From the IMG/VR virus record IMGVR_UViG_3300024260_000007: DNA of 20,000 nt; one strand, written 5' to 3'. Shown here one piece after another: positions 1-5,219 of the stretch. Source of the DNA: an uncultured virus (IMG/VR IMGVR_UViG_3300024260_000007) (lineage: Duplodnaviria; Heunggongvirae; Uroviricota; Caudoviricetes). The position numbers were made by a program, and so were the translations under genes. The notes beneath the pieces are model-generated. The model worked only from the letters and a program-made list of their open reading frames with translations, was not told the origin of the DNA and ran no database searches. The stretch's first letter is position 1. Each line of letters starts with the position of its first letter.

Positions 1-4
1 TCAT
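1..4 (-). CDS. Start codon of a leftward gene that runs off the window (product unknown)
   Basis: The minus strand reads AAGGTAAATAAC-ATG (ATG = 4..2). It lies downstream of a consensus promoter at 66-93. Only the start is visible. Confidence 0.5.
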
Positions 5-65
5 GTTATTTACCTTCTAATTGTTATCAAAATAGAGTGTTGTATTTTTACAACCTCTGAGCCTA

Positions 66-93
66 ATTATACACATGGTTTAACACGTGTCAA
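66..93 (-). promoter_or_regulatory. Consensus sigma70-type promoter, leftward
   Basis: Minus strand TTGACA (93-88), a 16-nt spacer, then TATAAT (71-66). The predicted leader begins with a hairpin (34-58: AGAG-T-GTTGTA-TTTT-TACAAC-CTCT). Confidence 0.85.
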
Positions 94-136
94 TAGTTTA
101 TTATATTTATATATATAATATAACTATGAAAAGAGC

Positions 137-456
137 TGTTACACATTGTTGTTACACATTGGGGTCGAAAGTGTCACAAAGTGTAACAGTATCGGTAATG
201 GCTAATATTAGCCGATTGTTATATTAGTAAAGGCTTATATTGTTACACTAAAAGTTACGGATTAGGTACGGGTTGCGCGTCACAAAAAAGAGTTAATTGA
301 GTGAGGTTTATATCTCTTTGTTACTCTTGTTACATTATTACTTTAGTTTAATAAGAATAAAAAATAAAAGCTATATATCCCTAAATACACACTTAATTAG
401 AAGTGTAAAAATACGTTTTCTGTGAGAGTGTAAAAATAGTGTAACAACGTGTAACA
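137..456. repeat. Array of TGTTACAC/GTGTAACA-like 8-mers in both orientations (iteron-like; candidate replication origin)
   Basis: TGTTACAC at 137, 150 and 241; TGTTACTC at 319; TGTTACAT at 328; GTGTCACA at 171; GTGTAACA at 181, 439 and 449; GTGTAAAA at 403 and 428. An A/T-only run lies at about 97-123, and the palindrome GGCTAATATTAGCC at 200-213. Confidence 0.75.
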
Positions 457-533
457 AATCTTGTAAAGGCCTAGCGAGGTAGTAGGGTATTTTCCGTTGT
501 GGGGTTTTTGCAACAGTTTTTTAGTTTGGGCGT

Positions 534-560
534 AAAAAAGCCGGATTTTGATGTCCGGCT
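534..560 (-). terminator. Rho-independent terminator of the leftward small-gene operon
   Basis: Minus strand AGCCGGA-CATCAAAA-TCCGGCT followed by a T run, just downstream of the ORF ending at 584. Confidence 0.85.
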
Positions 561-583
561 AGGGGGTTATTTTTAGGGGGTTA

Positions 584-715
584 TTAGGGCGTCTTTAAAA
601 GCTCTTTTAGCTCATGTATACGCTCGACGATTAGGTCGATGGTTTGGGGTGCTAGGTTTCCGCACGATGTGTTAAGTGTGAAGTTGAGCGCGTCGATTAG
701 TTCTTGTGTTTCCAT
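584..715 (-). CDS. Hypothetical 43-aa protein (METQELIDAL...ELLKTP)
   Basis: Start moved from the ORF track's 778 to the ATG at 715. That ATG has an AAGGAAA RBS and overlaps the upstream gene's stop (TAATG). Confidence 0.7.
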   Translation of the reverse strand: METQELIDALNFTLNTSCGNLAPQTIDLIVERIHELKELLKTP

Positions 716-891
716 TATTTGATTTCCTTTTTGATTAGGGGGTAGGCAACTGCTATTGTTACGATTACGGCAAGGCATGTAAATGCCGTTATTATGTCCA
801 TGACTACTGTTGCTATGGGTAGTACGATTAAAGCGCCTATAAAGGCGATTCTTAAAGCTAGTAGCATTTGGTTTAATTCCTTATTTGTCAT
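715..891 (-). CDS. Small 58-aa membrane protein with two predicted hydrophobic helices (not in the ORF track)
   Basis: Manual translation: MTNKELNQMLLALRIAFIGALIVLPIATVVMDIITAFTCLAVIVTIAVAYPLIKKEIK*. RBS AAAAGGAAAC. Its stop is coupled to the next ATG, and it has a basic C-terminal tail. Confidence 0.75.
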   Translation of the reverse strand: MTNKELNQMLLALRIAFIGALIVLPIATVVMDIITAFTCLAVIVTIAVAYPLIKKEIK

Positions 892-912
892 TTTGTGGTT
901 TCCTTTTAGTTG

Positions 913-1194
913 TTATAAGTAGTTTGTAACGGTGTCACGCAATAGTTTTAATTCTGCGCTGTACTCATCGGTTATATCTGCGGGGATGTCGCTTGATACG
1001 GTTGCGTAAGCGGTATTAAATTCGTCTAGGGTATTCGCGATATCATCTAGTGAGTCTTGCGTGTCTATTTGGGCTTGCTCTACCCTTTCGGATAAAGCCT
1101 CTATTATCTCTATTAGTTGCGCGTTTGTTTTGCCTTGCGTGTTGCTAGCTATTAGAGATAGCATCTCATTGTCTGTTAGATGTGAGTAATTCAT
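913..1194 (-). CDS. Hypothetical acidic helical protein, 93 aa
   Basis: ORF with AAGGAAAC RBS. It is D/E-rich with a coiled-coil-like heptad pattern. Confidence 0.75.
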   Translation of the reverse strand: MNYSHLTDNEMLSLIASNTQGKTNAQLIEIIEALSERVEQAQIDTQDSLDDIANTLDEFNTAYATVSSDIPADITDEYSAELKLLRDTVTNYL

Positions 1195-1213
1195 TTTTAG
1201 GTTTCCTTATTGG

Positions 1214-1339
1214 TTAATTAAAGTTTCTACCGCCACGCATGGCGTATGCCATTTTCTGCGTGTCTGTGTTTTTAGTTGTGCGTGATTGTTTCGCGCGCTT
1301 GTGGTTTTTAATTCTGTTGTGGTGGGTTGTGTGTCTCAT
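1214..1339 (-). CDS. Small highly basic 41-aa peptide (not in the ORF track)
   Basis: Manual translation: MRHTTHHNRIKNHKRAKQSRTTKNTDTQKMAYAMRGGRNFN*. RBS AAAAGGAAAC. It fills the gap between the neighbouring genes. Confidence 0.65.
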   Translation of the reverse strand: MRHTTHHNRIKNHKRAKQSRTTKNTDTQKMAYAMRGGRNFN

Positions 1340-1395
1340 GGTGTGTGTTTCCTTTTATTATTAATTTGTTTTGGGGTACTAAGTAGGCTTACTTT

Positions 1396-1420
1396 AAATC
1401 GCCCCTTTACGGGGCAATTT
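1396..1420 (-). other. Intergenic stem-loop downstream of the amidoligase (weak terminator, or processing/stability hairpin)
   Basis: Minus strand AAATTGCCCC-GTAAA-GGGGCGATTT forms a 10-bp stem with one G:U pair. There is no long U tract. It overlaps a CTTTAAATCG box (1392-1401). Confidence 0.5.
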
Positions 1421-1426
1421 GGCGGT

Positions 1427-2671
1427 TTAGCCGTTTATTGTATATGCGCGTTGTTGCATCCATTCACCTACCGCCTTTCCGGCTAGTTGCGCTTTAGCGC
1501 GTGAGCGGTACGGGCTTTGCGTTGTGCCATTATCTGTGCCGGTTTTAATGGCGTTAATCATTTGCGCCCAATCGGTAGTAGGGTTGCGCGTTGCGTGCTC
1601 TAGGTTTAAATCTGTTTTATCTGCTAGCGTGTTGCACATTTCCGTAATGTTGTCATAGGCGCGATTAGTGTTGCGATTGGTTTCTGCAGATTTTACGATT
1701 AGGTGTAAAAAGCGTACCCACATTTCAAGTTTTTCACTTTCAACAGTGCCGGCTAGTGCTCTAAATTCGATTGTTTTATGTCTAGAGTATGCGCCTAATA
1801 GATTGACCGCAAAATAACGGCTATCGTGATAGCTAGTACTACCGCCCATATTTGCTACCACCTCTTGCGTTGAAAAATTACCGGATGCAAATTCTTGAAA
1901 GCGTGCAAGCGATGCGCCGTAAGTATCGAATCCTGTAGAGTCATTCGCATTGATTGGTAAGTCTCTAATAAAGTGTTGATTGCGACGGCTTGCCGGTAGT
2001 GTCTTTTTTATCAACTCCTGATTTAAGGCATACGTCTCAATGATACGCAAAACGCTTGCATAACTCATGCGCTCCACACCAAAATGCACGTGAACACCAC
2101 ATGAGCGGTTAACATACGCCCCACAGTGCTCTATTGCATCCATGATTGCGACGGCTTGCATTAATCCTTTTTCACCCTTTAGAATAGGGCTTATTAATTC
2201 CATGCCGTATCCGGCGCCCGCATGAATACTAGAATCACTTGCGATTTGCCACATATGAGCTGTGTTGTTATGTAGCCCGCCCGTCTGTCTTGAAATTCTA
2301 ACACCGCTTGTAGTGGTGTCTAGTTGCTCTTGTACGCAATCTCTAAAAGCACTCATATGCATAGGGGCAATAAATTCGATTTCAATGCCTAACGTCATAC
2401 CCCTAGCCCGTCCGCTAGATATTGACACAAGGCGCGCTAATTCGCGTTGCTCTAATTCAATAGCGCCGGTTAATTCTGCTACTGTTTCACTTGCTGTCTC
2501 TATTGCTACCGCGTCCGTTAGTCCGGCTAGTTCTGCGTTAATGCTGTCGCGTTGCGCCGTTAATTCTGCAATACGGTTAATGCGTTGCTGTATGTTATGC
2601 AACTCATTGTTAATATCACCCGCGCTGTATGTCGCTAGCAATGTAGTTAGTGTTTCGTTTAATATAGTCAT
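1427..2671 (-). CDS. Putative amidoligase (Amidoligase_2 / COOH-NH2 ligase type) with an N-terminal coiled-coil extension
   Basis: Family motifs appear in order: TLGIEIEF, SDSSI, GMELISPIL, NRSCGVHVHFG, RYFAVNL, KTIEFR. RBS AAGGAAAC. Confidence 0.88.
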   Translation of the reverse strand: MTILNETLTTLLATYSAGDINNELHNIQQRINRIAELTAQRDSINAELAGLTDAVAIETASETVAELTGAIELEQRELARLVSISSGRARGMTLGIEIEFIAPMHMSAFRDCVQEQLDTTTSGVRISRQTGGLHNNTAHMWQIASDSSIHAGAGYGMELISPILKGEKGLMQAVAIMDAIEHCGAYVNRSCGVHVHFGVERMSYASVLRIIETYALNQELIKKTLPASRRNQHFIRDLPINANDSTGFDTYGASLARFQEFASGNFSTQEVVANMGGSTSYHDSRYFAVNLLGAYSRHKTIEFRALAGTVESEKLEMWVRFLHLIVKSAETNRNTNRAYDNITEMCNTLADKTDLNLEHATRNPTTDWAQMINAIKTGTDNGTTQSPYRSRAKAQLAGKAVGEWMQQRAYTING

Positions 2672-2754
2672 GGTGTTGTTTCCTTATTATTAATGCGCTC
2701 TATAAGAGGTGGTACTAGGAAAGGCGTGGCGCGTTTCGCTCAATCCATGGGCGG

Positions 2755-2782
2755 ATAATACCCTAATTTCACACTTAGTAAA
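2755..2782 (-). promoter_or_regulatory. Leftward promoter of the amidoligase operon
   Basis: Minus strand TTTACT (2782-2777), a 16-nt spacer, then TATTAT (2760-2755). The spacer is filled by the 18-bp repeat. Confidence 0.55.
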
Positions 2783-3205
2783 CACTATTTAACACATAAA
2801 CTTTAAATCGCCACTAATAACCCCGTTTCAGGACACCGGAAACCCTTGGCGCGCGGGGCTTGTCGCGTGTTGCGTGTTATTTGAAATGAAAACGCGGGCG
2901 CCCCTTTGCGGGCATTGCGTGGCGCGCGTCGCGTGTTGCCCTTTAAATCGCCCATTTAAAGTACTTTAAATCGACGGCGGGTATTTGTCGCGGGTTACTT
3001 ATAATCGCACGTTTAAGGGCACGTTTTGGCGCGCGTGGCGTGGTGTTTGGGCTGTGTTGCGTGGTATTCGACGGGGGTAGCACTTTAAATCGACAGGATA
3101 CGCGCCACCCACCCCCCCGCACAGCAACGGCGGAGTCCCAGTCACTTTTCCGGGTTCTCTGCGTGAAAATTTCGATTCTAGCAATCTTAAGTGTGAAATT
3201 AGGGT
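2760..3205. repeat. Perfect 18-bp inverted repeat flanking a GC-rich non-coding segment
   Basis: ACCCTAATTTCACACTTA (2760-2777) and TAAGTGTGAAATTAGGGT (3188-3205) are exact reverse complements. Confidence 0.9.
2801..3092 (+). repeat. CTTTAAATCG direct-repeat boxes and an 18-bp palindrome (candidate packaging/terminus signal)
   Basis: CTTTAAATCG at 2801, 2941, 2964 and 3083 (also 1392), with the variant CTTATAATCG at 2998. Palindrome ATTTAAAGTACTTTAAAT at 2954-2971. Confidence 0.75.
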
Positions 3206-3233
3206 TGTTAAAAATTTTTTAATATGCTAAACT
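3205..3233 (+). promoter_or_regulatory. Rightward promoter for the terminase/structural operon
   Basis: TTGTTA (3205-3210), a 17-nt spacer, then TAAACT (3228-3233) with an extended -10 TG. It lies 35 nt upstream of the terS ATG. Confidence 0.55.
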
Positions 3234-3268
3234 AAACACTCACAGTAAAACGTGCACCAAAGGAGAAT

Positions 3269-3604
3269 ATGGCAAGTCGAAAAAAATTTGTAGCAAATCT
3301 GCTAGCAATTAACTACCCCAACTACAACCCTGTACTAGCGATGGCCGAGCTGGCTATGGACGAGGAAGTCGACATCAAGGATAGAATCCAGTGTCACAAA
3401 GAGGTAGCCGCGTATTGCTTCCCGAAGATGAAGGCTGAAGAAGTAAAAGACGACGGAGCGGAGCAGATATCTAAAGCGGAAGTCATTGCTCGATTACAAG
3501 CACTAGAAGGCAACCAGGTAACTCCTTTAGTGGAGGCCGGAGCAGAGATATTTGAAGCCGAGGAAGAACTCCCTTTTAGCGACGCGGATTTCGCAGGTGA
3601 GTAA
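3269..3604 (+). CDS. terS: Probable terminase small subunit
   Basis: 111 aa, immediately upstream of and overlapping TerL. RBS AAGGAG. It has the helical P..AM.....D......R......VAAY..PK.KA pattern seen in small proteins ahead of TerL, and an acidic tail. Confidence 0.65.
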   Translation: MASRKKFVANLLAINYPNYNPVLAMAELAMDEEVDIKDRIQCHKEVAAYCFPKMKAEEVKDDGAEQISKAEVIARLQALEGNQVTPLVEAGAEIFEAEEELPFSDADFAGE

Positions 3605-5180
3605 CAACGACCCCTTTGCAGTCACTACGGAAGCCCCGGCAGAAGACACCACACAGCTAGACTACACCACATTGACGGAAGTACAACTCCGTGAAGCGCT
3701 TTCCTTGAGAGAGGACCTCGCACATCGTAAGCATATGGAACTCTGTAGAAAGGATTTCATAACATTCTGTCAGTACATGGACCCAAACTTCATGGTTGGC
3801 AGGCATCACGCGATAATGGGCGCAGCTTTCAATAAAATCGTACACGAAAATGACAAAAGAATCATTATCAACATGCCTCCGAGGCATGGTAAGTCCTATT
3901 TAACCTCCCAATACCTGCCAGCGTTCTTTATCGGCAACTCCCCTACAGCGCAACTCATGAACATTGCGAATGTCGCGGAGCTCGCAGTGAAGTTCGGTCG
4001 TCAAGTGAAGGATGTAATCGGCTCAGACAGGTTTAAAGACGTATTCCCAGGCATTGAAGTGCGTTCAGACTCCAAATCAGCGGGCCGCTGGCAGGTCAAC
4101 AAGGGCGGAGAGTCATTTTCCGCGGGTGTCGGCTCTTCTGTAACAGGCCGTGGTGCAGACCTACTGATTATCGATGACCCGTTCACTGAATCGTGCGTAT
4201 CGCAACCTAAAGTATTCGATGATGTGTGGGAATACTACCTAGCAGGCCCAAGACAGCGTTTAATGCCGGGTGGAAACATACTCGTGGTGCAAACTCGCTG
4301 GTCGGTCAAGGATTTAACGGGTAAATTACTCCAAGAACAGACTAAAAACCCTAAAGCAGACCAGTGGGAGGTCATTGAGTTCCCTGCAGTGCTGCCTAAG
4401 TCAGGAAAACCGCTTTGGCCAGAGTTCTGGACCTCAGAAGCACTCGAAAAGGTTAAAAACTCCCTTGACGCGCGTCACTGGAACTCCGAATGGCTACAAA
4501 ATCCAACTGCAACGGAAGGCGCAATCGTTAAAAAGGACTGGTGGATGGAGTGGCCTCACAAAACCCCACCTCAGTGCTCCTACATAATACAATCGTACGA
4601 CACAGCCTACTCAAAAAGAGAGACTGCGGACTACTCAGTCATCTCAACCTGGGGTGTTTTCTATCCAGACGGGGAATTTGAGCGTAAAAACGGGGAAAAG
4701 AACACTTATGACGGGCGCGAAGCGCATGTGGTCATGTTAGATGTGGTGCGCGACAGGTTTGAGTTTCCAGAACTCAAAGACGAGGCGTATAGACTCTATG
4801 CATACTGGGAGCCCGACACAGTAGTAGTCGAAGCGAAAGGCTCAGGCGGGCCACTAGCTCAAGAGATGCGCGCCAGGGGCATTCCAGTACAGGAATATAG
4901 TCCGGGGAAGAGAAAAGGTGGCGGTGGGCAGGATAAAATCACCCGATTACACTCCGTAAGTGACTTTTTCCGCTCTGGGATGGTATGGGCGCCTGACGAA
5001 TTGTGGGCGAGAGATTTAATTGACGAGGTTCAGGCATTTCCGGCAGGTGACCACGACGACCAGGTAGACTCAATGACGATGGCACTAATGCGCTTTCGAG
5101 AGGGCAACTTCCTACAGCTAACGAGTGACGAGGACGTAGGGGCAGAATGGCGCCCCCGTAGAAAAATGAAGTACTATTAG
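3597..5180 (+). CDS. terL: Terminase large subunit
   Basis: Walker A INMPPRHGKS, GRGADLLIIDDP (Walker B) and coupling motif QTRW. Nuclease acidic motifs SYDTA, DYS, EAKGSG and HDDQVDS. The likely start is the GTG at 3597 overlapping the terS stop (the ORF track gives 3552). Confidence 0.96.
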   Translation: MSNNDPFAVTTEAPAEDTTQLDYTTLTEVQLREALSLREDLAHRKHMELCRKDFITFCQYMDPNFMVGRHHAIMGAAFNKIVHENDKRIIINMPPRHGKSYLTSQYLPAFFIGNSPTAQLMNIANVAELAVKFGRQVKDVIGSDRFKDVFPGIEVRSDSKSAGRWQVNKGGESFSAGVGSSVTGRGADLLIIDDPFTESCVSQPKVFDDVWEYYLAGPRQRLMPGGNILVVQTRWSVKDLTGKLLQEQTKNPKADQWEVIEFPAVLPKSGKPLWPEFWTSEALEKVKNSLDARHWNSEWLQNPTATEGAIVKKDWWMEWPHKTPPQCSYIIQSYDTAYSKRETADYSVISTWGVFYPDGEFERKNGEKNTYDGREAHVVMLDVVRDRFEFPELKDEAYRLYAYWEPDTVVVEAKGSGGPLAQEMRARGIPVQEYSPGKRKGGGGQDKITRLHSVSDFFRSGMVWAPDELWARDLIDEVQAFPAGDHDDQVDSMTMALMRFREGNFLQLTSDEDVGAEWRPRRKMKYY

Positions 5181-5219
5181 GTACAATACTCACAACTAAT
5201 CACCAAACACTCTATATCT

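Noticed and set aside
137..456. Possible CRISPR array or mini-array
   Set aside because: The repeats are only 8-12 bp, lie in both orientations and are irregularly spaced. There are no unique spacers of constant length and no cas genes.
561..585. Tandem AGGGGGTTATT repeat (561-571 and 575-585)
   Set aside because: There are only two short copies between a stop codon and a terminator, and no function can be supported.
1286..2693. Plus-strand ORFs 1286-1486 and 2262-2693
   Set aside because: They are antisense shadows of RBS-supported minus-strand genes and have no RBS or recognisable motifs.
2941..2973. Protelomerase (telRL) hairpin-end site
   Set aside because: The perfect palindrome is only 18 bp, shorter than characterised telRL sites, and no protelomerase is in the window.
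2999..3222. ORFs of 60-61 aa on both strands in the GC-rich hub
   Set aside because: They have non-ATG starts and no RBS, and they overlap repeats and promoter elements. The region looks non-coding.
3597..5180. Intein or intron in TerL (insert YPDGEFERKNGEKNTYDGRE)
   Set aside because: The insert is only about 15-20 aa, has no intein or homing-endonuclease motifs, and the frame is uninterrupted. It is probably a surface loop.
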